Of a stretch of DNA of 64,000 nucleotides, positions 29,701-44,700 are shown one piece after another. The position numbers and the translations under genes were made by a program. Position 1 is the stretch's first letter, and every line of letters starts with the position of its first letter. The notes under the pieces were generated by a model. That model made no database searches, had not been told where the DNA came from, and saw nothing but the letters and a program-made list of their open reading frames with translations. Location of the stretch: contig OZ024741.1 in the NCBI GenBank assembly GCA_964016885.1, positions 405,108,001 to 405,172,000 of the forward strand. The letters run 5' to 3'. Source of the DNA: Eledone cirrhosa (Eukaryota).

Positions 29701-32700
29701 TTATAATGAATTTTTACAGATTTTCACAACTATTTTATAATTAATTGTGACAACCTTCACAACTATTTTATAATTAATTGTGACAACCTTCACAACTATT
29801 TTATAATTAATTGTGACAACCTTCACAACTATTTTATAATTAATTTTTAAAGATTTTCACAACTATTTTATAATTAATTGTGACAACCTTCACAACTATT
29901 TTATAATTAATTGTGACAACCTTCACAACTATTTTATAATTAATTTTTACAGCTTTTCACAACTATTTTATAATTAATTGTGACAACCTTCACAACTATT
30001 TTATAATTAATTTTTACAGCATTTCACAACTATTTTATAATGAATTGTGACAACCTTCACAACTATTTTATAATTAATTTTTACAGCATTTCACAACTAT
30101 TTTATAATTAATTGTGACAACCTTCACAACTATTTTATAATTAATTTTTTCAGCTTTTCACAACTATTTTATAATGAACTGTGACAACCTTCACAACTAT
30201 TTTATAATGAATTGTGACAACCTTCACAACTATTTTATAATGAATTGTGACAACCTTCACAACTATTTTATAATTAATTTTTACAGCTTTTCACAACTAT
30301 TTTATAATTAATTGTGACAACCTTCACAACTATTTTATAATTAATTGTGACAACCTTCACAACTATTTTATAATTAATTTTTACAGATTTTCACAACTAT
30401 TTTATAATTAATTGTGACAACCTTCACAACTATTTTATAATGAATTGTGACAACCTTCACAAACTATTTTATAATTAATTTTTACAGATTTTCACAACTA
30501 TTTTATAATTAATTGTGACAACCTTCACAACTATTTTATAATGAATTGTGACAACCTTCACAACTATTTTATAATTAATTTTTACAGCATTTCACAACTA
30601 TTTTATAATTAATTGTGACAACCTTCACAACTATTTTATAATTAATTGTGACAACCTTCACAACTATTTTATAATTAATTGTTACAGATTTACACAACTA
30701 TTTTATAATTAATTGTGACAACCTTCACAACTATTTTATAATGAATTGTGACAACCTTCACAACTATTTTATAATTAATTTTTACAGCTTTTCACAACTA
30801 TTTTATAATTAATTGTGACAACCTTCACAACTATTTTATAATTAATTGTGACAACCTTCACAACTACTTTAGAATTAATTTTTACAGCTTTTCACAACTA
30901 TTTTATAATTAATTGTGACAACCTTCACAACTATTTTATAATTAATTTTTACAGCTTTTCACAACTATTTTATAATGAATTGTGACAAACTTCACAACTA
31001 TTTTATAATGAATTTTTACAGCTTTTCACAACTATTTTATAATTAATTGTGACAACCTTCACAACTATTTTATAATTAATTTTTTCAGCTTTTCACAACT
31101 ATTTTATAATGAACTGTGACAACCTTCACAACTATTTTATAATTAATTTTTACAGCTTTTCACAACTATTTTATAATTAATTGTGACAACCTTCACAACT
31201 ATTTTATAATGAATTGTGACAACCTTCACAACTATTTTATAATTAATTTTTACAGCTTTTCACAACTATTTTATAATTAATTGTGACAACCTTCACAACT
31301 ATTTTATAATTAATTGTGACAACCTTCACAACTATTTTATAATTAATTTTTACAGCTTTTCACAACTATTTTATAATTAATTGTGACAACCTTCACAACT
31401 ATTTTATAATTAATTGTGACAACCTTCACAACTATTTTATAATTAATTTTTACAGCTTTTCACAACTATTTTATAATTAATTGTGACAACCTTCACAACT
31501 ATTTTATAATTAATTTTTACAGCTTTTCACAACTATTTTATAATGAATTGTGACAAACTTCACAACTATTTTATAATGAATTTTTACAGATTTTCACAAC
31601 TATTTTATAATTAATTGTGACAACCTTCACAACTATTTTATAATTAATTGTGACAACCATCACAACTATTTTATAATTAATTGTGACAACCTTCACAACT
31701 ATTTTATAATTAATTTTTAAAGATTTTCACAACTATTTTATAATTAATTGTGACAACCTTCACAACTATTTTATAATTAATTGTGACAACCTTCACAACT
31801 ATTTTATAATTAATTTTTACAGCTTTTCACAACTATTTTATAATTAATTGTGACAACCTTCACAACTATTTTATAATTAATTTTTACAGCATTTCACAAC
31901 TATTTTATAATGAATTGTGACAACCTTCACAACTATTTTATAATTAATTTTTACAGCATTTCACAACTATTTTATAATTAATTGTGACAACCTTCACAAC
32001 TATTTTATAATTAATTTTTTCAGCTTTTCACAACTATTTTATAATGAACTGTGACAACCTTCACAACTATTTTATAATGAATTGTGACAACCTTCACAAC
32101 TATTTTATAATGAATTGTGACAACCTTCACAACTATTTTATAATTAATTTTTACAGCTTTTCACAACTATTTTATAATTAATTGTGACAACCTTCACAAC
32201 TATTTTATAATTAATTGTGACAACCTTCACAACTATTTTATAATTAATTTTTACAGATTTTCACAACTATTTTATAATTAATTGTGACAACCTTCACAAC
32301 TATTTTATAATGAATTGTGACAACCTTCACAAACTATTTTATAATTAATTTTTACAGATTTTCACAACTATTTTATAATTAATTGTGACAACCTTCACAA
32401 CTATTTTATAATGAATTGTGACAACCTTCACAACTATTTTATAATTAATTTTTACAGCATTTCACAACTATTTTATAATTAATTGTGACAACCTTCACAA
32501 CTATTTTATAATTAATTGTGACAACCTTCACAACTATTTTATAATTAATTGTTACAGATTTACACAACTATTTTATAATTAATTGTGACAACCTTCACAA
32601 CTATTTTATAATGAATTGTGACAACCTTCACAACTATTTTATAATTAATTTTTACAGCTTTTCACAACTATTTTATAATTAATTGTGACAACCTTCACAA

Positions 32701-35700
32701 CTATTTTATAATTAATTGTGACAACCTTCACAACTACTTTAGAATTAATTTTTACAGCTTTTCACAACTATTTTATAATTAATTGTGACAACCTTCACAA
32801 CTATTTTATAATTAATTTTTACAGCTTTTCACAACTATTTTATAATGAATTGTGACAAACTTCACAACTATTTTATAATGAATTTTTACAGCTTTTCACA
32901 ACTATTTTATAATTAATTGTGACAACCTTCACAACTATTTTATAATTAATTTTTTCAGCTTTTCACAACTATTTTATAATGAACTGTGACAACCTTCACA
33001 ACTATTTTATAATTAATTTTTACAGCTTTTCACAACTATTTTATAATTAATTGTGACAACCTTCACAACTATTTTATAATGAATTGTGACAACCTTCACA
33101 ACTATTTTATAATGAATTGTGACAACCTTCGCAACTATTTTATAATGAATTGTGACAACCTTCACAACTATTTTATATAAATTGTGACAACATTCACAAC
33201 TACTTTATAATTAATTTTTACAGCTTTTCACAACTATTTTATAATTAATTGTGACAACCTTCACAACTATTTTATAATTAATTTTTACAGCATTTCACAA
33301 CTATTTTATAATGAATTGTGACAACCTTCACAACTATTTTATAATTAATTTTTACAGCATTTCACAACTATTTTATAATTAATTTTTACAGCTTTTCACA
33401 ACTATTTTATAATTAATTGTGACAACCTTCACAACTATTTTATAATTAATTGTGACAACCTTCACAACTACTTTAGAATTAATTTTTACAGCTTTTCACA
33501 ACTATTTTATAATTAATTGTGACAACCTTCACAACTATTTTATAATTAATTTTTACAGCTTTTCACAACTATTTTATAATGAATTGTGACAAACTTCACA
33601 ACTATTTTATAATGAATTTTTACAGCTTTTCACAACTATTTTATAATTAATTGTGACAACCTTCACAACTATTTTATAATTAATTTTTTCAGCTTTTCAC
33701 AACTATTTTATAATGAACTGTGACAACCTTCACAACTATTTTATAATTAATTTTTACAGCTTTTCACAACTATTTTATAATTAATTGTGACAACCTTCAC
33801 AACTATTTTATAATGAATTGTGACAACCTTCACAACTATTTTATAATTAATTTTTACAGCTTTTCACAACTATTTTATAATTAATTGTGACAACCTTCAC
33901 AACTATTTTATAATTAATTGTGACAACCTTCACAACTATTTTATAATTAATTTTTACAGCTTTTCACAACTATTTTATAATTAATTGTGACAACCTTCAC
34001 AACTATTTTATAATTAATTGTGACAACCTTCACAACTATTTTATAATTAATTTTTACAGCTTTTCACAACTATTTTATAATTAATTGTGACAACCTTCAC
34101 AACTATTTTATAATTAATTTTTACAGCTTTTCACAACTATTTTATAATGAATTGTGACAAACTTCACAACTATTTTATAATGAATTTTTACAGATTTTCA
34201 CAACTATTTTATAATTAATTGTGACAACCTTCACAACTATTTTATAATTAATTGTGACAACCTTCACAACTATTTTATAATTAATTGTGACAACCTTCAC
34301 AACTATTTTATAATTAATTTTTAAAGATTTTCACAACTATTTTATAATTAATTGTGACAACCTTCACAACTATTTTATAATTAATTGTGACAACCTTCAC
34401 AACTATTTTATAATTAATTTTTACAGCTTTTCACAACTATTTTATAATTAATTGTGACAACCTTCACAACTATTTTATAATTAATTTTTACAGCATTTCA
34501 CAACTATTTTATAATGAATTGTGACAACCTTCACAACTATTTTATAATTAATTTTTACAGCATTTCACAACTATTTTATAATTAATTGTGACAACCTTCA
34601 CAACTATTTTATAATTAATTTTTTCAGCTTTTCACAACTATTTTATAATGAACTGTGACAACCTTCACAACTATTTTATAATGAATTGTGACAACCTTCA
34701 CAACTATTTTATAATGAATTGTGACAACCTTCACAACTATTTTATAATTAATTTTTACAGCTTTTCACAACTATTTTATAATTAATTGTGACAACCTTCA
34801 CAACTATTTTATAATTAATTGTGACAACCTTCACAACTATTTTATAATTAATTTTTACAGATTTTCACAACTATTTTATAATTAATTGTGACAACCTTCA
34901 CAACTATTTTATAATGAATTGTGACAACCTTCACAAACTATTTTATAATTAATTTTTACAGATTTTCACAACTATTTTATAATTAATTGTGACAACCTTC
35001 ACAACTATTTTATAATGAATTGTGACAACCTTCACAACTATTTTATAATTAATTTTTACAGCATTTCACAACTATTTTATAATTAATTGTGACAACCTTC
35101 ACAACTATTTTATAATTAATTGTGACAACCTTCACAACTATTTTATAATTAATTGTTACAGATTTACACAACTATTTTATAATTAATTGTGACAACCTTC
35201 ACAACTATTTTATAATGAATTGTGACAACCTTCACAACTATTTTATAATTAATTTTTACAGCTTTTCACAACTATTTTATAATTAATTGTGACAACCTTC
35301 ACAACTATTTTATAATTAATTGTGACAACCTTCACAACTACTTTAGAATTAATTTTTACAGCTTTTCACAACTATTTTATAATTAATTGTGACAACCTTC
35401 ACAACTATTTTATAATTAATTTTTACAGCTTTTCACAACTATTTTATAATGAATTGTGACAAACTTCACAACTATTTTATAATGAATTTTTACAGCTTTT
35501 CACAACTATTTTATAATTAATTGTGACAACCTTCACAACTATTTTATAATTAATTTTTTCAGCTTTTCACAACTATTTTATAATGAACTGTGACAACCTT
35601 CACAACTATTTTATAATTAATTTTTACAGCTTTTCACAACTATTTTATAATTAATTGTGACAACCTTCACAACTATTTTATAATGAATTGTGACAACCTT

Positions 35701-38700
35701 CACAACTATTTTATAATGAATTGTGACAACCTTCGCAACTATTTTATAATGAATTGTGACAACCTTCACAACTATTTTATATAAATTGTGACAACATTCA
35801 CAACTACTTTATAATTAATTTTTACAGCTTTTCACAACTATTTTATAATTAATTGTGACAACCTTCACAACTATTTTATAATTAATTTTTACAGCATTTC
35901 ACAACTATTTTATAATGAATTGTGACAACCTTCACAACTATTTTATAATTAATTTTTACAGCATTTCACAACTATTTTATAATTAATTGTGACAACCTTC
36001 ACAACTATTTTATAATTAATTTTTTCAGCTTTTCACAACTATTTTATAATGAACTGTGACAACCTTCACAACTATTTTATAATGAATTGTGACAACCTTC
36101 ACAACTATTTTATAATGAATTGTGACAACCTTCACAACTATTTTATAATTAATTTTTACAGCTTTTCACAACTATTTTATAATTAATTGTGACAACCTTC
36201 ACAACTATTTTATAATTAATTGTGACAACCTTCACAACTATTTTATAATTAATTTTTACAGATTTTCACAACTATTTTATAATTAATTGTGACAACCTTC
36301 ACAACTATTTTATAATGAATTGTGACAACCTTCACAAACTATTTTATAATTAATTTTTACAGATTTTCACAACTATTTTATAATTAATTGTGACAACCTT
36401 CACAACTATTTTATAATGAATTGTGACAACCTTCACAACTATTTTATAATTAATTTTTACAGCATTTCACAACTATTTTATAATTAATTGTGACAACCTT
36501 CACAACTATTTTATAATTAATTGTGACAACCTTCACAACTATTTTATAATTAATTGTTACAGATTTACACAACTATTTTATAATTAATTGTGACAACCTT
36601 CACAACTATTTTATAATGAATTGTGACAACCTTCACAACTATTTTATAATTAATTTTTACAGCTTTTCACAACTATTTTATAATTAATTGTGACAACCTT
36701 CACAACTATTTTATAATTAATTGTGACAACCTTCACAACTACTTTAGAATTAATTTTTACAGCTTTTCACAACTATTTTATAATTAATTGTGACAACCTT
36801 CACAACTATTTTATAATTAATTTTTACAGCTTTTCACAACTATTTTATAATGAATTGTGACAAACTTCACAACTATTTTATAATGAATTTTTACAGCTTT
36901 TCACAACTATTTTATAATTAATTGTGACAACCTTCACAACTATTTTATAATTAATTTTTTCAGCTTTTCACAACTATTTTATAATGAACTGTGACAACCT
37001 TCACAACTATTTTATAATTAATTTTTACAGCTTTTCACAACTATTTTATAATTAATTGTGACAACCTTCACAACTATTTTATAATGAATTGTGACAACCT
37101 TCACAACTATTTTATAATGAATTGTGACAACCTTCGCAACTATTTTATAATGAATTGTGACAACCTTCACAACTATTTTATATAAATTGTGACAACATTC
37201 ACAACTACTTTATAATTAATTTTTACAGCTTTTCACAACTATTTTATAATTAATTGTGACAACCTTCACAACTATTTTATAATTAATTTTTACAGCATTT
37301 CACAACTATTTTATAATGAATTGTGACAACCTTCACAACTATTTTATAATTAATTTTTACAGCATTTCACAACTATTTTATAATTAATTGTGACAACCTT
37401 CACAACTATTTTATAATTAATTTTTTCAGCTTTTCACAACTGTTTTATAATGAACTGTGACAACCTTCACAACTATTTTATAATGAATTGTGACAACCTT
37501 CACAACTATTTTATAAGGAATTGTGACAACCTTCACAACTATTTTATAATTAATTTTTACAGCTTTTCACAACTATTTTATAATTAATTGTGACAACCTT
37601 CACAACTATTTTATAATTAATTGTGACAACCTTCACAACTATTTTATAATAAATTTTTACAGATTTTCACAACTATTTTATGATTAATTGTGACAACCTT
37701 CACAACTATTTTATAATGAATTGTGACAACCTTCACAAACTATTTTATAATTAATCTTTACAGATTTTCACAACTATTTTATAATTAATTGTGACAACCT
37801 TCACAACTATTTTATAATGAATTGTGACAACCTTCACAACTATTTTATAATTAATTTTTACAGCATTTCACAACTATTTTATAATTAATTGTGACAACCT
37901 TCACAACTATTTTATAATTAATTGTGACAACCTTCACAACTATTTTATAATTAATTGTTACAGATTTACACAACTATTTTATAATTAATTGTGACAACCT
38001 TCACAACTATTTTATAATGAATTGTGACAACCTTCACAACTATTTTATAATTAATTTTTACAGCTTTTCACAACTATTTTATAATTAATTGTGACAACCT
38101 TCACAACTATTTTATAATTAATTGTGACAACCTTCACAACTACTTTAGAATTAATTTTTACAGCTTTTCACAACTATTTTATAATTAATTGTGACAACCT
38201 TCACAACTATTTTATAATTAATTTTTACAGCTTTTCACAACTATTTTATAATGAATTGTGACAAACTTCACAACTATTTTATAATGAATTTTTACAGCTT
38301 TTCACAACTATTTTATAATTAATTGTGACAACCTTCACAACTATTTTATAATTAATTTTTTCAGCTTTTCACAACTATTTTATAATGAACTGTGACAACC
38401 TTCACAACTATTTTATAATTAATTTTTACAGATTTTCACAACTATTTTATAATTAATTGTGACAACCTTCACAACTATTTTATAATGAATTGTGACAACC
38501 TTCACAAACTATTTTATAATTAATTTTTACAGATTTTCACAACTATTTTATAATTAATTGTGACAACCTTCACAACTATTTTATAATGAATTGTGACAAC
38601 CTTCACAACTATTTTATAATTAATTTTTACAGCATTTCACAACTATTTTATAATTAATTGTGACAACCTTCACAACTATTTTATAATTAATTGTGACAAC

Positions 38701-41700
38701 CTTCACAACTATTTTATAATTAATTGTTACAGATTTACACAACTATTTTATAATTAATTGTGACAACCTTCACAACTATTTTATAATGAATTGTGACAAC
38801 CTTCACAACTATTTTATAATTAATTTTTACAGCTTTTCACAACTATTTTATAATTAATTGTGACAACCTTCACAACTATTTTATAATTAATTGTGACAAC
38901 CTTCACAACTACTTTAGAATTAATTTTTACAGCTTTTCACAACTATTTTATAATTAATTGTGACAACCTTCACAACTATTTTATAATTAATTTTTACAGC
39001 TTTTCACAACTATTTTATAATGAATTGTGACAAACTTCACAACTATTTTATAATGAATTTTTACAGCTTTTCACAACTATTTTATAATTAATTGTGACAA
39101 CCTTCACAACTATTTTATAATTAATTTTTTCAGCTTTTCACAACTATTTTATAATGAACTGTGACAACCTTCACAACTATTTTATAATTAATTTTTACAG
39201 CTTTTCACAACTATTTTATAATTAATTGTGACAACCTTCACAACTATTTTATAATGAATTGTGACAACCTTCACAACTATTTTATAATTAATTTTTACAG
39301 CTTTTCACAACTATTTTATAATTAATTGTGACAACCTTCACAACTATTTTATAATTAATTGTGACAACCTTCACAACTATTTTATAATTAATTTTTACAG
39401 CTTTTCACAACTATTTTATAATTAATTGTGACAACCTTCACAACTATTTTATAATTAATTGTGACAACCTTCACAACTATTTTATAATTAATTTTTACAG
39501 CTTTTCACAACTATTTTATAATTAATTGTGACAACCTTCACAACTATTTTATAATTAATTTTTACAGCTTTTCACAACTATTTTATAATGAATTGTGACA
39601 AACTTCACAACTATTTTATAATGAATTTTTACAGATTTTCACAACTATTTTATAATTAATTGTGACAACCTTCACAACTATTTTATAATTAATTGTGACA
39701 ACCTTCACAACTATTTTATAATTAATTGTGACAACCTTCACAACTATTTTATAATTAATTTTTAAAGATTTTCACAACTATTTTATAATTAATTGTGACA
39801 ACCTTCACAACTATTTTATAATTAATTGTGACAACCTTCACAACTATTTTATAATTAATTTTTACAGCTTTTCACAACTATTTTATAATTAATTGTGACA
39901 ACCTTCACAACTATTTTATAATTAATTTTTACAGCATTTCACAACTATTTTATAATGAATTGTGACAACCTTCACAACTATTTTATAATTAATTTTTACA
40001 GCATTTCACAACTATTTTATAATTAATTGTGACAACCTTCACAACTATTTTATAATTAATTTTTTCAGCTTTTCACAACTATTTTATAATGAACTGTGAC
40101 AACCTTCACAACTATTTTATAATGAATTGTGACAACCTTCACAACTATTTTATAATGAATTGTGACAACCTTCACAACTATTTTATAATTAATTTTTACA
40201 GCTTTTCACAACTATTTTATAATTAATTGTGACAACCTTCACAACTATTTTATAATTAATTGTGACAACCTTCACAACTATTTTATAATTAATTTTTACA
40301 GATTTTCACAACTATTTTATAATTAATTGTGACAACCTTCACAACTATTTTATAATGAATTGTGACAACCTTCACAAACTATTTTATAATTAATTTTTAC
40401 AGATTTTCACAACTATTTTATAATTAATTGTGACAACCTTCACAACTATTTTATAATGAATTGTGACAACCTTCACAACTATTTTATAATTAATTTTTAC
40501 AGCATTTCACAACTATTTTATAATTAATTGTGACAACCTTCACAACTATTTTATAATTAATTGTGACAACCTTCACAACTATTTTATAATTAATTGTTAC
40601 AGATTTACACAACTATTTTATAATTAATTGTGACAACCTTCACAACTATTTTATAATGAATTGTGACAACCTTCACAACTATTTTATAATTAATTTTTAC
40701 AGCTTTTCACAACTATTTTATAATTAATTGTGACAACCTTCACAACTATTTTATAATTAATTGTGACAACCTTCACAACTACTTTAGAATTAATTTTTAC
40801 AGCTTTTCACAACTATTTTATAATTAATTGTGACAACCTTCACAACTATTTTATAATTAATTTTTACAGCTTTTCACAACTATTTTATAATGAATTGTGA
40901 CAAACTTCACAACTATTTTATAATGAATTTTTACAGCTTTTCACAACTATTTTATAATTAATTGTGACAACCTTCACAACTATTTTATAATTAATTTTTT
41001 CAGCTTTTCACAACTATTTTATAATGAACTGTGACAACCTTCACAACTATTTTATAATTAATTTTTACAGCTTTTCACAACTATTTTATAATTAATTGTG
41101 ACAACCTTCACAACTATTTTATAATGAATTGTGACAACCTTCACAACTATTTTATAATGAATTGTGACAACCTTCGCAACTATTTTATAATGAATTGTGA
41201 CAACCTTCACAACTATTTTATATAAATTGTGACAACATTCACAACTACTTTATAATTAATTTTTACAGCTTTTCACAACTATTTTATAATTAATTGTGAC
41301 AACCTTCACAACTATTTTATAATTAATTTTTACAGCATTTCACAACTATTTTATAATGAATTGTGACAACCTTCACAACTATTTTATAATTAATTTTTAC
41401 AGCATTTCACAACTATTTTATAATTAATTGTGACAACCTTCACAACTATTTTATAATTAATTTTTTCAGCTTTTCACAACTGTTTTATAATGAACTGTGA
41501 CAACCTTCACAACTATTTTATAATGAATTGTGACAACCTTCACAACTATTTTATAAGGAATTGTGACAACCTTCACAACTATTTTATAATTAATTTTTAC
41601 AGCTTTTCACAACTATTTTATAATTAATTGTGACAACCTTCACAACTATTTTATAATTAATTGTGACAACCTTCACAACTATTTTATAATAAATTTTTAC

Positions 41701-44700
41701 AGATTTTCACAACTATTTTATGATTAATTGTGACAACCTTCACAACTATTTTATAATGAATTGTGACAACCTTCACAAACTATTTTATAATTAATCTTTA
41801 CAGATTTTCACAACTATTTTATAATTAATTGTGACAACCTTCACAACTATTTTATAATGAATTGTGACAACCTTCACAACTATTTTATAATTAATTTTTA
41901 CAGCATTTCACAACTATTTTATAATTAATTGTGACAACCTTCACAACTATTTTATAATTAATTGTGACAACCTTCACAACTATTTTATAATTAATTGTTA
42001 CAGATTTACACAACTATTTTATAATTAATTGTGACAACCTTCACAACTATTTTATAATGAATTGTGACAACCTTCACAACTATTTTATAATTAATTTTTA
42101 CAGCTTTTCACAACTATTTTATAATTAATTGTGACAACCTTCACAACTATTTTATAATTAATTGTGACAACCTTCACAACTACTTTAGAATTAATTTTTA
42201 CAGCTTTTCACAACTATTTTATAATTAATTGTGACAACCTTCACAACTATTTTATAATTAATTTTTACAGCTTTTCACAACTATTTTATAATGAATTGTG
42301 ACAAACTTCACAACTATTTTATAATGAATTTTTACAGCTTTTCACAACTATTTTATAATTAATTGTGACAACCTTCACAACTATTTTATAATTAATTTTT
42401 TCAGCTTTTCACAACTATTTTATAATGAACTGTGACAACCTTCACAACTATTTTATAATTAATTTTTACAGCTTTTCACAACTATTTTATAATTAATTGT
42501 GACAACCTTCACAACTATTTTATAATGAATTGTGACAACCTTCACAACTATTTTATAATGAATTGTGACAACCTTCGCAACTATTTTATAATGAATTGTG
42601 ACAACCTTCACAACTATTTTATATAAATTGTGACAACATTCACAACTATTTTATAATTAATTTTTTCAGATTTTCACAACTATTTTATAATGAATTGTGA
42701 CAACCTTCACAACTATTTTATAATGAATTGTGACAACCTTCACAACTATTTTATAATGAATTGTGACAACATTCACAACTATTTTATAATTAATTGTGAC
42801 AACCTTCACAACTACTTTATAATTAATTTTTACAGCTTTTCACAACTATTTTATAATTAATTGTGACAACCTTCACAACTATTTTATAATTAATTGTGAC
42901 AACCTTCACAACTATTTTATAATTAATTTTTAAAGATTTTCAAAACTATTTTATAATTAATTGTGACAACCTTCACAACTATTTTATAATTAATTGTGAC
43001 AACCTTCACAACTATGTTATAATTAATTTTTACAGCTTTTCACAACTATTTTATAATTAATTGTGACAACCTTCACAACTATTTTATAATTAATTTTTAC
43101 AGCATTTCACAACTATTTTATAATGAATTGTGACAACCTTCACAACTATTTTATAATTAATTTTTACAGCTTTTCACAACTATTTTATAATTAATTGTGA
43201 CAACCTTCACAACTATTTTATAATTAATTTTTTCAGCTTTTCACAACTATTTTATAATTAATTGTGACAACCTTCACAACTATTTTATAATGAATTATGA
43301 CAACATTCACAACTATTTTATAATTAATTTTTACAGCTTTTCACAACTATTTTATAATTAATTGTGACAACCTTCACAACTATTTTATAATTAATTGTGA
43401 CAACCTTCACAACTATTTTATAATTAATTTTTACAGATTTTCACAACTATTTTATAATTAATTGTGACAACCTTCACAACTATTTTATAATGAATTGTGA
43501 CAACCTTCACAACTATTTTATAATTAATTTTTACAGCTTTTCACAACTATTTTATAATTAATTGTGACAACCTTCACAACTATTTTATAATTAATTGTGA
43601 CAACCTTCACAACTATTTTATAATTAATTTTTACAGATTTTCACAACTATTTTATAATTAATTGTGACAACCTTCACAACTATTTTATAATGAATTGTGA
43701 CAACCTTCACAACTATTTTATAATTAATTTTTACAGCTTTTCACAACTATTTTATAATTAATTGTGACAACCTTCACAACTATTTTATAATTAATTGTGA
43801 CAACCTTCACAACTATTTTATAATTAATTTTTACAGCTTTTCACAACTATTTTATAATTAATTGTGACAACCTTCACAACTATTTTATAATTAATTTTTA
43901 CAGCTTTTCACAACTATTTTATAATGAATTGTGACAAACTTCACAACTATTTTATAATGAATTTTTACAGCTTTTCACAACTATTTTATAATTAATTGTG
44001 ACAACCTTCACAACTATTTTATAATTAATTTTTTCAGCTTTTCACAACTATTTTATAATGAACTGTGACAACCTTCACAACTATTTTATAATTAATTTTT
44101 ACAGCTTTTCACAACTATTTTATAATTAATTGTGACAACCTTCACAACTATTTTATAATGAATTGTGACAACCTTCACAACTATTTTATAATGAATTGTG
44201 ACAACCTTCGCAACTATTTTATAATGAATTGTGACAACCTTCACAACTATTTTATATAAATTGTGACAACATTCACAACTATTTTATAATTAATTTTTAC
44301 AGCTTTTCACAACTATTTTATAATTAATTGTGACAACCTTCACAACTATTTTATAATTAATTTTTACAGCATTTCACAACTATTTTATAATGAATTGTGA
44401 CAACCTTCACAACTATTTTATAATTAATTTTTACAGCATTTCACAACTATTTTATAATTAATTGTGACAACCTTCACAACTATTTTATAATTAATTTTTT
44501 CAGCTTTTCACAACTATTTTATAATGAACTGTGACAACCTTCACAACTATTTTATAATGAATTGTGACAACCTTCACAACTATTTTATAATGAATTGTGA
44601 CAACCTTCACAACTATTTTATAATTAATTTTTACAGCTTTTCACAACTATTTTATAATTAATTGTGACAACCTTCACAACTATTTTATAATTAATTGTGA

